Source of the DNA: Octopus sinensis
Taxonomy: Eukaryota
DNA length: 64,000 nucleotides
Direction: 5' to 3'
Assembly: GCF_006345805.1 (NCBI RefSeq)
Contig: NC_042998.1
Location: forward strand, 182,466,001-182,530,000
Within the stretch, counting starts at the first letter, position 1; every line of letters starts with the position of its first letter. The position numbers were made by a program, and so were the translations under genes. A model generated the notes under the pieces. That model saw only the letters and a program-made list of their open reading frames with translations. It had not been told where the DNA came from and made no database searches. Of this stretch, positions 1 to 12,306 are shown in pieces.

Positions 1-174
1 TATGTATGTATGTATGTATGTATGTATGTATGTATGTATGTATGTATGTATGTATGTATGTATGTATGTATGTATATGTACGTGTGTGTGTGTATGTATG
101 TATGTGTGTATGTATGTTTGTATGTATGTATGTATGTATGCATGTATGTACGTGTGTGTGTGTGTGTATGTATG

Positions 175-208
<34 letters not shown>

Positions 209-330
209 TGCATGTATGTGTTTGTGCATGTATGTATGTGTATGTGTGTATGTATGTATGCATGCATGTATGTATGTATGTATGTATGTATGTGTGTGTA
301 TGTATGTATGTATGCATGTATGTATGTATG

Positions 331-364
<34 letters not shown>

Positions 365-405
365 TGTATGTATGTATGTATGTATGTGTGTATGTATGTA
401 TGTAT
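1..405. repeat. (TATG)n/(TG)n microsatellite
   Basis: Near-pure TATG tetranucleotide repeat; explains the MYVC ORFs. Confidence 0.98.
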
Positions 406-739
406 GTTCAATTAGCTTACTATGAAAATGTAAGGGTATCGCGAAAGACCTGGTTGAAGGCTCAACCTTCCGAGTTCTTTCGCAGGGCTTAGAAAAACTG
501 AAGGACCGCTGCAATAATTGTGTGAACCCGTGAGGGCGATGTATTCAATAAAATCACAATTAACTGATCCTCCTGTATTTTCTTTTATCCAAACCCAGGG
601 ACTTTTTAGCACATCCTCATCTGTGTGTGTGTGTGTGTGTACATACGTACATACATACATACATACATACATACATACGTACATACATACATACATACAT
701 ACAGACAGACAGACAGACACGAATTTTAGGTTAGTTAAC

Positions 740-1135
740 ACTAGCAGTATCGCCCGGCGTTGCTCGGGTTTGTAAGGGAAATAACTATATAAGCATTTTT
801 AGAGAGTTATAGCCAAAAAATAGCAAAAAAATGCATTAAAATGGAAAAAAATGATGGTAAATTTTTTTTAAATCGTTGACTCATCGTAGACATTTTTAGA
901 GAGTTACTTCCCTTATATAATAGCGAAAAAATGCATTAAAATGGAAAAAAATGATGGTAAATTTTTTTTAAATCGTAGACTCATCGTAGACGCGCGCTAA
1001 TACCCAGAAGGGCTCGATATGAATCACGACTATAAGATACCCGGTTTTGGTTAAACTGCACCGCAAAATGTGGGAGTAGTTAGGAATCTAAATCGTAGGA
1101 GACAGACATACAACTTCTCTTTTATATATAAAGAT
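740..1135 (+). mobile_element. Non-autonomous Helentron/DINE-like element, copy 1
   Basis: Starts ACTAGCAGTATCGCCCGGCGTTGCTCGGG, has an internal ~65-bp tandem duplication and ends TTTATATATAAAGAT; near-identical to 2375-2774. Termini resemble DINE-1/Lep1-type elements. Confidence 0.7.
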
Positions 1136-1140
1136 ATGAT

Positions 1141-1410
1141 TGTGACATTTTAACTTCAGAAGGTAAATTCACTGCAGTTACTGTGGAGAAAGAATTCTCT
1201 CTCATGGTAAAAAGGTGTAAAAACACCATATCTGCCTAGGGTTTTCTCTCTTCGGTATTCCCCATTGAGGAAGGCTAAAGTGTCAGAAACGATAGGTGAG
1301 AAGCGCTGGGAAGTTACAGTGTTTTTTTTACAACTTTTACCATCAGAGAGGATTTTTTTTACCGCGGTAACTGCAGTGAATTTGCCATGAGAAGTTAAAA
1401 TATGTCACAA
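1141..1410. mobile_element. MITE with ~90-bp imperfect terminal inverted repeats
   Basis: Left GTGACATTTTAACTTC..TTCACTGCAGTTAC is mirrored by right GTAACTGCAGTGAA..GAAGTTAAAATATGTCAC; a diverged partial copy of the interior lies at ~1465-1620. Confidence 0.7.
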
Positions 1411-1629
1411 ACCAACCTAAAAATCAGTCACTGATGTTGACTCTTTTTAGTTAAATCCACGGCTTTGGATCTGCCCAGGATCATCTCTTAGGTATTTCCA
1501 ATTAAGGAAAGCTAAAAAGCTAGAAACGGCCGTCTGGGAATATGATAAGGGATGGTGGTGAGGGAAGCATCGGAGAAATATAGTGCTTTTACACGGCTTA
1601 CCATAAGAGAGAATTTTTGGCGCTGATGT

Positions 1630-1669
<40 letters not shown>

Positions 1670-1825
1670 GCTTGCGCGTGTGTTGGAGTTGTCTGCACAC
1701 ATTTATACATACATAAATACTTATAAATATATATATATATATATAAATAATAAATATTAGGGAATAAATCCAAATTTACAGGGAAAAAATCAGATTTAGG
1801 ATAAATCCAATTTATAGTAAAATAT

Positions 1826-1995
1826 TATAAAATATTATTAGAGACAAAACCACTATTTTGCAAAACAAACAAGGAAAGACTTAATCAATACATAAAATTT
1901 AATATTTTGACTATTTATCAAAATTTTATGTATTGATTAAGTCTTTCCTTGTTTGTTTTGCAAAATAGTGGTTTTGTCTCTAATAATATTTTATA
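1826..1995. repeat. Perfect 75-bp inverted repeat with 20-nt spacer (fold-back)
   Basis: 1826-1900 is the exact reverse complement of 1921-1995. Confidence 0.9.
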
Positions 1996-2374
1996 TATAT
2001 ATATATATATACATATATATGCATGTATGTATGTATGTATGTATATATATATATATATATGCATACACACACACACACACGTGTGTATGCTGGTGCTTCA
2101 GCGTGCTTACACTGTGCTAATTACGCAATCAATCATTCTGTCACTTTTTGTCTGACGGCCGGCAACAGTATATCATTCGTTGTATAATGGACTTCACGCT
2201 GAGACTATGTAAATGGAACGTACTATTATCATAGATAACTAAATACTCTATAAACACAAATTGTGAACACATCTGAGTAAATTTTATTCCTGTTTGAAAC
2301 CAAATAAACCTACTTGAGATGCTCTGTCTTGAAAACGCATAACTGAGGCACAATCTAATTCTTTTTCATAATAA

Positions 2375-2774
2375 ACTAGCAGTATTGCCCGGCGTTGCTC
2401 GGGTTTGTAAGGGAAATAACTATATAAGCATTTTTAGAGAGTTATAGCCAAAAAATAGCAAAAAAAATGCATCAAAAATGGAAAAAATAAATGATGGTAA
2501 ATTTTTTTATAATCGTTGACTCATCGTAGACATTTTTAGAGAGTTGCTTCCTTAGCGAAAAAATGCATTAAAATGGGGAAAAATGATGGTAAATTATTTT
2601 TAAAATCGTAGACTCATCGTAGACGCGCGCTAATACCCAGAAGGGCTCGATATGAATCACGACTATAAGATACCCGGTTTTGGTTAAACTGCACCGCAAA
2701 ATGTGGGAGTAGTTAGGAATCTAAATCGTAGGAGACAGACACTCACACAACTTCACTTTTATATATATTAAGAT
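2375..2774 (+). mobile_element. Helentron/DINE-like element, copy 2
   Basis: Same termini and body as 740-1135. Confidence 0.7.
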
Positions 2775-3645
2775 TTGTTGTCTTACGTTCGAGTAATAAA
2801 TCTAATATTAATAACTGTTTCTGTGTGAAATAAAAAATAATGCATACTTTATTTTTGTTCGTGAAACCAAACAGTTTTCATAATACTAATCGGTTAGGGC
2901 ACAAATCAGTCGCTAATTTTGTTATCTAGGTAAATATAATGGTTAGATTTGGACTCGACTCTGAAAATTATTCAACCAATACTCGTATCATATACTTAAT
3001 TCGGACGCCAGTGGCTGTTCGTCTCATTTGAGTTTTGACTTGTTTTATACAGCTTGGCAGGAAGAAATTCCAAGTCTTACATTGAGTGAATGCTATAAAA
3101 ATAGAAAACCTAGGCTGTGATCTCGTTTTGATTACTTATTCTAGCTTTTTCATCCCATTTACTTTTCCCATTCGCTTCAGCATCCAATTTTCTGCAAATA
3201 TTGGTTTCCTTGAGACAGGGTAGTAAAGCCTTTACGAGTTACAGTCACTTATTAGCTTAGAAAAATTTAAAACTGTACTGCCTGTCATTAATTTCTCTCT
3301 CCCGTCACCTTTTCCTTGAAGAAGGACTCTATCCGAAATGTCGAATTTTTCACTCTACACGGTAAGTTCACTGAATTCTTGTTATCGATTTTATTAAATA
3401 AAGCAAGTCTTGTTGCTGCAGGCCTACATTCAATCTCTTTGGAGTCTGGTCATATAAAATCTGCATACCTAATGTTGACTAGATGCAAAGTATATATACT
3501 TAAATTTGCGTTAGTAGAAAGTCTGCTATATATCAAAATATTTTAAATTATCTACTGTTGGTAGATTCTTAAATAAAAACTCACCTTTGTTCACTATACA
3601 AAACATTTTATTCCCAGTTCATCATTAATTATCATGTTCAATCAA

Positions 3646-3877
3646 GGCGGCGAGCTGGCACAATCGTTAGCACGCCGGACGACATGCTTAGCGGTATTTC
3701 GACCGCCGTTACGTTGTGAGTTCAAATTCCACCGAGGTCGACTTTGCCTTTCATCCTTTCGGGGTCGATAAATTAAGTACCAGTTACGCATTGGGGTCTA
3801 TGTAATCGACTTAATACCTATGTCTGTCCTTGTTTGTCCCCTCTATGTTTAGCCCCTTGTGGGTAATAAAGAAATAG
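3646..3877 (+). mobile_element. tRNA-derived SINE, family A
   Basis: GGCGGCGAGCTGGCA head with A/B-box-like motifs and core GAGGTCGACTTTGCCTTTCATCCTTTCGGGGTCGAT; four well-preserved copies in the window. Confidence 0.85.
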
Positions 3878-4791
3878 GCTATTATGTTCGAGATTGAATC
3901 TTCAGATATTTAATGTAGTAACCTGAAAAAATAATGAATTAGTGTAAGTCAATTAATCAATGTTGTGATCGATTGAAAAGATATTATTTTATTGATTGAT
4001 TTTGAGCATAACGGGCTGGGAAGACAACTTTGGAACTTATATTAGTTAAAAGCAATCACAAAATGAACGAGGTCATGTAATGAGGCGCGAATCTGATGTT
4101 TGGCGAGTTCAGTGACAACTCCGAACATGTTTTGGGCTTATTAGATCTCCTCAGCGCAGTATAGTTTTAGCAATACTTGTCAGATCGAAGATGGCTGAGC
4201 GATTTACATAGATATCTTGAGTGAATAATGCCTTGTGAGTGAATTTGGTAAACAGAAACTGTGAGAAAGTGTGTGTGCACGCACGTGTGCGTGTCTCCTA
4301 CAACCGCCTGACAACTGGTGTTGGTTTATTTGCGTTCCCGTGACATAGCGGTTTAGCAAAATGAGATGGATAGAATAAGTGTTAGACTTTAAAAAATTAG
4401 TACAAAGGTCGACTTATTCGACTAATCCCTTCAAAGCAGTGTTCCAGCATGGCCACAGTTCAGTGACTGAAATAAATAAAAGATAAGATGTTGAACAATA
4501 GCTGATAAAAACAAAATGTTAAACAGGATGACAGAAGAAAACTGTCATAACACTGATTTTACTGTCATAACATTTGAGGCCCACGTCATTAAGATTGACA
4601 AGGGCGCTGACTCGTTTTTATGCTAAACCGGAGCATATTCAGTCAGGAACCAACAAAGACCATACACATACTGCGGAACGTGAGTAGAAGTTTTAAACTT
4701 TTTTTCATGGAACTTTGGTGATTGGTTATTATATTCATTAGTGAATAAATTATGGTCTTTAGAATTGGCAGGTTAATGGCGTTATTGTATT

Positions 4792-5154
4792 ATCTCTCTA
4801 TATATAAAGCTGAAGTTGTCTGTGTATGGCAGGTTTGGTAGCCTTCAACTAACACTATCTCCGCTGAGACCCTGCGGCGCAAGTTGACCAAAATTGTAAG
4901 TATGATAGAAGGCTTGCTCTTCCTTCCGTAGAAGAAAAAAAATCAAATCGGACCATGTTAACACCAAAAATTATTTACATCAAAAAGGTGCTTTTTTTCT
5001 ATGAAAATCCCTATTTTTTACGATTTTTTGACTGCTGTGTCGCTATTTTTCGGCGTATTTCAACCAGAAAAATGTTTACTTAAAGAGAATAACAAGCTAC
5101 ATAATGCAGAATCTTTACTTGCAAACGCGTGCAACGCCGGTCGATACTGCTAGT
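4792..5154 (-). mobile_element. Helentron/DINE-like element, related subfamily
   Basis: Reverse-complement termini (..CAACGCCGGTCGATACTGCTAGT and ATCTCTCTATATATAAAG..) with a different interior. Confidence 0.6.
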
Positions 5155-7180
5155 TTTTAATAATAAAACAGTGTGCCAAATTAGTTTGGTACCTTGTGAT
5201 TTTGAGTCGAAATCACTCCGGAATTAATTTATCTTTCATCCAGATATTTTCTTTTGCTTAGTCAGAAGGAAGGACTTTCACAGAATCTCGGGGTCTGGTG
5301 GGTAGGAAGGAGAGACAATATCCTCAAACCGGAAACCTAGTCCAACTGTTTGCAACAGAGAGGACTCCAATAAAGACACCAATGACCTGATAGTGGTGTT
5401 AAACTGGGTGACGGATTAAATCTGCCACGCATGTAGTCTACTGTTCCATACAAGTATTTTATTTATTAACCCTCGAAAAAAAGGCAAAGTTAACCTCGGT
5501 TTAATTTGAACTCAGAACACCAGACGTTGGAATAAATACGCTCTAACAACTCTTGCTGTTCGATTAAATAACACGATGGATTTAAAATAGTGATTTCAGT
5601 TTTGGCACAAAGCCAGCACTTTTAGTACTTTATTTTATCGACCCTAGAAGGATGAAAGGTAAAGTTGATCGTGGTGAAAATTGACCTCAGAACAAATTTA
5701 AATTACTAATTTCTTGTTTAGCTTTCATTTATCTAATACAAATGTGGTAAATTGAATCAAATATAAAACAGACTCTTCACCTTCGTAAATCTGCTCTTTC
5801 TGACAGTTTCAGTCACTTTTGACATGTTGATTATATGACTTCTTTAACAAAATCTAGTACTGGACTCGATGCCTTCCCTCAAGATTTCACTCTCTTTCCC
5901 CAACCAATAACTGTTTTTTCTCGCCTAACCAAACTGCAATGATTAAATTTAAATATAAATCACATTATTCTAATCAAATTCTTTCTGGAACTTCGTTTTT
6001 GCTCTACATAAACAGAAACATTCTAGAACATCCCCAACATCGACTAACCGGCAGGGATTTATTCAGCAACACTCTACAATTACTAATTCATAGTTCCTGT
6101 CTTTTCTACTGCTATGACAGTGGCTTCTGCTTCTTTGGCTTATGAAAATGCATACCCTGCCACCGGTTATCCAATAGACCCTCCTCTTAGCATTTATTCT
6201 GTGCCCCACTCTACAAATTCTGAATTATAATTTACTCAGTCCGTCTTCTTCGAACTCCAACACTCGAAACCTTACTCTTTGCCTTTGTTTTCCATACTGG
6301 CGTCAACCTACAGTAATTCAAACTATATCAACTACATCTACATATTCAGTCTGGAAGATCCTTTTATGTAAATTTTACCACATTTCACTTCATTTTAATG
6401 GGCGGTAAACTCAAGGGCTGACCCAGGCGGCACGCGTTCTAGCTACGTCACTGCTCTCACAGCCTTAGCTTTAAGAAGACATTATATGAGATGAAAACTG
6501 TTTTACAAAGTGAATTTATTCAAATGAAAAAAAACAAACAAATTATATCTTATTATTTCGAAAATGGTAAATACCACGTTTTTTTTTTAATGAAATATGT
6601 TTTATTAAAAGACACCATATCAAGCGGGGCCTCAGATTACTTTCACGGAGGCCTACTGTTCCTCGGAATCCACCTAAAGAACTGGTTTAGATATATCGAC
6701 CCAATATTCAGCTGGTTCTTTATTTCATTGAAGGACGAAAGGCAAAGTTAGCCACAACTGGATTCGAAAGCAGAACGTTAAAAAGCGCAACCATATAGCG
6801 CAAGACAACTAGTTCGATAGTATCTATTATACCAAATCACCAACTTTAATAATACAGTAATTAATCGTTTCTTCGACACAGAAGAAATTGAAAATGCTTA
6901 AGCTGTTACACATATGTAAAAAGACGACATCCTGACAAATCGTTGTTTGAACGATGTCACACTCAATAAAGTAATGACTTCTATATGTCGAAAGTCACAG
7001 TCTAAAGGAGTGCACTGTATCTATTGTCATTTTATTCACATAGACGATGCATTATAAGAATATATATTAATCTCAGTACTTTACTACAACTATATTTTAT
7101 AAACATCAAAATGGTCAAAACGCAAATTTCACATCGACGGGATGTGAACGTAGAATGTAAAGGGAGATAACTTATTACAG

Positions 7181-7476
7181 TCCATAATTTTCTCCATAAA
7201 GTTCTAACAATTCAACCACGAACTCCGTATATTCCTGGGGATTATTTCAGAAATTTTGAAAAGACGAAAGATGAAGACGACTCGGTAGGGTTTAAAAACA
7301 TAGCATATAGGGACGTGGCTAATTACAACGAGACGTTTTATCAAGTCAATTACTCTTTTCGACCTAATACAACAAGCAAGCAGTATTCTAGGGGAGATAA
7401 CTCGGACGCAACAACATTATGTTCAGATGGCAATGACGACCAAATAGCTGCAAGTACACTACCTCGGTACTACTGA
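7181..7476 (+). CDS. Candidate terminal coding exon of an unidentified gene
   Basis: Open frame 7171-7476 with no ATG (..QPRTPYIPGDYFRNFEKTKDEDDSVGFKNIAY..TLPRYY*); weak AG acceptor at 7179-7180; AATAAA near 7590. Confidence 0.3.
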
Positions 7477-7834
7477 GTAAAAGCAGGGATCATCGGTTCG
7501 ATGAAACCGATTGATCGTAGGCATAGACACTAAGGTTAAGTTACGTTAGGAGTGGCTAATATCAACAACTGTATTACGAAAGACAGAATAATAAATACAG
7601 TACTGTACTTTTAATCAAGCACGCTGTCCAATCTGATAGGGCAAAATACCTGTGCATTGTAAATATACGCTATAATACAGTAAATTCAACATTTTAAACT
7701 TAAAGTCTGACTTACCATGAATGGTTAAGATATGTTGTGGATAAGCCGTGATTTTATCTGCTGCTTCCGAAATTAGTTTAAGAAAGGTCCGTGGTACCAG
7801 GGTATAATTGTGTACATATATAGATATACATATA

Positions 7835-8232
7835 GGCGCAGGAGTGGCTATATGGTAAGTAGCTTGTTTACGAACCACATGGTTCCAGGTTCAGTCCCAC
7901 TGCATGGCACCTTGGTCAAGTGTCTTTTACTATAGCCTCGGGCCGACCAAAGCCTTGTGAGTGGATTTAGTAGACGGAAACTGAAAGAAGCCCGTCGTAT
8001 ATATGTATATGTATATATGCCTGTGTGTGTGTTTGTGTCTGTTTGTCCCCCCCAACATTGCTTGACAACCGATGCTGGTGTGTTCATGTCCCCGTAACTT
8101 AGCGGTTCGGTAAAATAGACCGATAGAATAAGTACTAGGCTTACAAAGAATAAGACTTGGGGTCGATTTGCTCGATTAAAGGCGGTGCTCCAGCATGGCC
8201 GCAGTCAGATGACTGAAACAAGTAAAAGAGAG
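7835..8232 (+). mobile_element. tRNA-derived SINE, family B
   Basis: GGCGCAGGAGTGGCT..GGTTCAGTCCCACTGC head, internal (TA/TG)n and GAAACAAGTAAAAGAG tail; other copies at 33745, 38336 and partial copies. Confidence 0.85.
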
Positions 8233-8509
8233 AGCAAAAGAGTATACAGGGGTTATACACTAACGACTAAAACAAGTCCTTCCTCCCTAGAATGCATTCC
8301 TTCTAAAATTGTCTCTCTACTCGTATGTTTACAGCAGTCTCTGACTTGCAACATTTTAAAGGAAAGATTAGCTGTGTCAAACTGAATAATCTTGGAGTAC
8401 CTGCAAAAGCTATAGGTTCTGCCCCTCTCTCAGATCTAGCAAAATAAATAAATAAATAAAATTAACATACATTTATATTATTTGTTTCAGGCAATAATCA
8501 ATATACACA

Positions 8510-8555
8510 ATGCAGTCTATACATTTTATGCTGCTTCTTCTTATCACATTTTCAG
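8510..8555 (+). CDS. Small secretory-pathway protein, coding exon 1 (signal peptide MQSIHFMLLLLITFS)
   Basis: Acceptor tttgtttcag ends at 8490; in-frame TAA upstream of the ATG at 8510; consensus donor CAG|GTAAGT at 8556; ends in phase 1. Confidence 0.75.
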
Positions 8556-8839
8556 GTAAGTATATTTCTCTGAATTAATGATTCATATTAATAAGCTAAT
8601 TGCTGAAGAGGTGCTGACAAAGCTAAAGTAAGCAGAGAGAAGCCAATTGGCACAGATTGACCTTGAACTCTGTTGCACATGCACACTAAGTTATAACATT
8701 CTTGTTCACCTCTGCTGTTTATAGCAGTGCTTGGAAGTAAGGTGTGAAGAGTGTAGTCACTTCAAAAAGAAAATCGGGTTTCAGATGAGCAGGATCTCCT
8801 TGATTATGTTAAAAAGGGTAATAAGAGGTGACAAATTGT

Positions 8840-9010
8840 AGGTCTATGGCTAATGCCCGAAACCAAGGCTTGAAAGGAACAAGATTTCAAGAAGCTGAGG
8901 AAATCCAAGAAAATGTTACAAGGCAGCTTGCTTGCTATCCCAAAAATGGAGTTCTGGAAATGCTTCCATCAATGGAAACAAAGCTGGTATGGCTTCAAAA
9001 GGGAACTACT
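8840..9010 (+). mobile_element. Degenerate mariner transposase C-terminal remnant
   Basis: LKGTRFQEAEEIQENVTRQL then (frameshift) EFWKCFHQWK matches the mariner C-terminal pattern. Confidence 0.55.
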
Positions 9011-9058
9011 AAATGCCAAGTTGATGTGTGGTGTAGGTTTTTTTTTTTGTAGCACCTA

Positions 9059-9060
9059 TA

Positions 9061-9092
<32 letters not shown>

Positions 9093-9123
9093 TATAATAA
9101 TAATAATGATAATAATAATAATG

Positions 9124-9169
<46 letters not shown>

Positions 9170-9183
9170 TAATAATAATAATG

Positions 9184-9226
<43 letters not shown>

Positions 9227-9585
9227 AATTATTGTATACAGTGCTCAGGTGCACCACAACTTGTCAAAAGTGCGCATAAAGCATATGCAGTAATGTATAA
9301 ATGTCTGGAAAGCGAACAGTGTATGAGTCAGATACATGCCTGTGTGTATATGGAGGGAAGAAAATCAGGTGTAGTGTTGGTGAATCTCAGGAAGCATGGA
9401 AGTTTTGAAGGATGCAGTGCTCCGACAACTAACAATTGATACCAGCAGTTTGTTCCATGCTTCAGCAACTCTTAGCGGGAAAAACATGTTTCCGAAAGTC
9501 ATGGGAGCTGTGCTGTTTTCTGACTTTGTAAACATGTCCACAAGTGTTAGACAGGTGGAATTTGAAAAGGTGCTCAGTTATTGTT
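9059..9585 (-). mobile_element. CR1-type LINE 3' end with long (ATT)n tail
   Basis: Minus strand reads RKHVFPLRVAEAWNKL; the (AAT)n tract at 9059-9225 is its tail. Same family at 12560-12990 (-) and 24545-24785 (+). Confidence 0.7.
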
Positions 9586-9763
9586 ACCTGTCCTAATACT
9601 TTTTGCTCAGACCTCATAGGTGTGTGTGTGTGTGTGCGTGTGTGTTTTGAGTGTAAGTCAGTAAAACCATTATATAGGTAAATACAGACTTGTGAAATTT
9701 AAACAAAAGTGAAGAATATACATTAATTTCTTGTTTTGAGAAAAAAATCTTTTGTTTTTACAG

Positions 9764-9984
9764 TATTTTGCAATGGTTTGAAAAAGGAGAAGGCCAAGAA
9801 AAAAGGAAAACAACTCAATGACGACCCACTTAAATTAATTTTGGATCAAAATAACTGGAAGGAACTAGCTTCAAAATTTATTTCGGACGTTGCCTCTAAC
9901 ATAGATATGAACAAGGTAATGAAGATGGTAAAGAATTTCAATGTAACATCCTTTCTGAAGGACTTGCAGAAAAAAGAGTTATAA
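9764..9984 (+). CDS. Small secretory-pathway protein, coding exon 2 (Lys-rich, helical, ends KKEL)
   Basis: Acceptor tcttttgtttttacag; phase 1 matches exon 1 (G+TA=Val); open to TAA at 9982-9984; AATAAA at ~10055, ~10080 and ~10195. Confidence 0.75.
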
Positions 9985-10434
9985 TTTTAAATGACGTAAT
10001 GATAAAATGATATTCTTAAGGTTGTAGGTCTAACAAAAGAACTTTTGTAAGACTGAATAAATCTAGAAGTATTTTTGTAATAAATGCACCATGTATATGA
10101 TAATGTGATATGTCATTAATATATTTCAACATTATTCCTTTATGTCACACTTTGGACACTGTTTATAATTTAATCTGTGTACTAGTCTATGGTTAATAAA
10201 CCAGCAGGTCTGTGTGGTTAAGAAGTTCGCTTCCAAACCATATGGTTTTGGGTTCTACGTGGAACCTTGCTAGTGTCTTCTGGTATAACTCTGGATTAAC
10301 CAAATAACAGTGAAATCTGTGTCAAATTACAACCCACTGTTTAGACTACTGTGGATAATATAATTCCAGATAGGTAAAAAAGTGTAAAGAGCCCCCCTTA
10401 GGTTACGAATGACCAATGGATTGCACCTAGAAAA

Positions 10435-10718
10435 TTATCCTCCGAGGCACAAGTCCGGGCAAGGTTGTTTATGGATGACCAGCAGTCGCCCATACATACC
10501 AAACTCCCCTCTCCATGACACCGATGTTATCCACGGAAAAGGCAATGGCTGATGCAGTTTGGCACCAGTGACATCACAACTCATCTGCAGCTGAGTGAAC
10601 TGGAGCAATGTGAAATAAAGTGTTTTGCTGAAGAACACAACACACATCCCAGTCAGGGAATCAAACTCACTAGATTGTGACTGTGAGCCCAGCACTCTAA
10701 CCACTGAGCTATGTGCTT
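10435..10718 (-). mobile_element. tRNA-derived SINE, family E
   Basis: Reverse tRNA-like head (AGCTCAGTGGTTAGAGTG..GTTTGATTCCC) with TGTGTTGTGTTCTTCAGCAAAACAC core; partial copies at ~12050-12200 and ~50885-51020. Confidence 0.6.
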
Positions 10719-11184
10719 TCACTGATGAACTTAATAATAATAATGGCTTCAAATTTTGGTACAAGACCAGCAATTTTTGAGGAGAGGGGTAAGTCTATTA
10801 CATCAACCCCAGTGTTCAACTGGTACTTATTTTATCAACCCTGGAAGGATGAAAGTTAACTCCAGTGGAATTCAGACTCAGAATGTAAAGATGAACAAAA
10901 TACCGGCAAGCATTTTGTCTAGCATGCTAATAGTTCTGCTAACTCACTGCCTTAATGAGGATCTTTTAGTATACAGTGCTTGCGTGCATTTATGCAAACA
11001 TTACAGTTATATAAACAGAGTGTTTTCTTTTTTTTTTTTCAATATTGCTCTAATAAAATCAGACTGTCTACAGGATGGAAATACAATATGTTGAAGCCTA
11101 GGCTTCTCTCAGAATGATTAATAAAACTTAAACAAGCCTAGAGTTGTCTCCGATACTTACTGAAATAATCAAAATATTACACCA

Positions 11185-11520
11185 TCCGAATGTGGCCGAT
11201 GCCAGCGCCGTCTTGCACGTAAAATGCACCATCCAAACGTGGCCGATGCCAATGCCGCCTTGACTGGCTTCCGTGCCGGTAGCACGTAAAAAGCACCAAC
11301 CGATCGTGGCCATTGCCAGCCTCGCCTGGCACCTGTGCCGGTGGCACGTAAAAAGCACCCACTACACTCACGGAGTGGTTGGTATTAGGAAGGGCATCCA
11401 GCTGTAGAAACACTGCCAGATCAGACTGGAGACTGGTGCAGCCTCCTGGCTTCCCAGACACCGGTCGAACCGTCCAACTCATGCTAGCATGGAAAACGGA
11501 CGTTAAACAACGATGATGAT
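11185..11520 (+). mobile_element. RTE-tail-derived repeat, family C
   Basis: Internal GGCACGTAAAAAGCACC repeats, GGAAGGGCATCCAGC motif and (GAT)n tail; copies at 12286-12540, 17010-17285, 34650-34903, 41278-41560 and 45822-45905. Confidence 0.7.
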
Positions 11521-12273
11521 TGCGTTAATGTTGTCTTTTCCTAACTGCATTAAGTATTTTTAATTTTTGTCCAACCCATGCCTGTTTGGAAAACAAATGT
11601 TAAATGATGATGATGATGAGATGGTGGTGGTGGTGGTGGCGATATATTTGATGTTCACTGGATTAAATATTAACTATTGCTTTTCATGTTGATGGCATCT
11701 CTAACCTCAAACATATTTTCAAGAATGTGAGAGCCCACCTGGCTGCAGTCAACAGAAGAAATCTAGTTTTTAATATCAGTGGGGATTGTCGTTGTAATTT
11801 TCATTAGACTGCTATCTACACAAGATCTCACTGAAACATTTATGTACCCATTGGTTGTATTGACTATTTGTCCACATGGTTCCCTCTACAAGGGTCCATC
11901 TTAATCAAGCAACTTCAAAACCATGGTTATAGTTAGTGCAGGCATGTGCAACCTGCTGCACTTGAGCTGAATGCAGTCCTTTATGACTTTCTGCATAGCA
12001 CACATAATGTCCAAGGGTAAGTCAAAGGTTGATACAGCTTGGCACCTGATTTGGCCACTGATTTCTACAGCTGAGTGAACTGGAGTAACATGAGATAAAG
12101 TGCCTTGCTCAAAAATACAACACACAATGCAGTCCAGGAATCAATCTCACTACCTTATGATTGTGAGGTCAACACTCTAACCACTGAGCCATGCACCTTA
12201 ACTCATCAAAAAAAGTAGCCAAAAGTGCACAAACTGTACATTGTGTAATGCATAGGAAGAGAACTATGAATGA

Positions 12274-12306
<33 letters not shown>

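Noticed and set aside
2-775. Long MYVC/HTYI ORFs here and at 13.4, 25, 39, 50 and 52-63 kb
   Set aside because: Translations of (TATG)n, (TG)n and (TA)n microsatellites.
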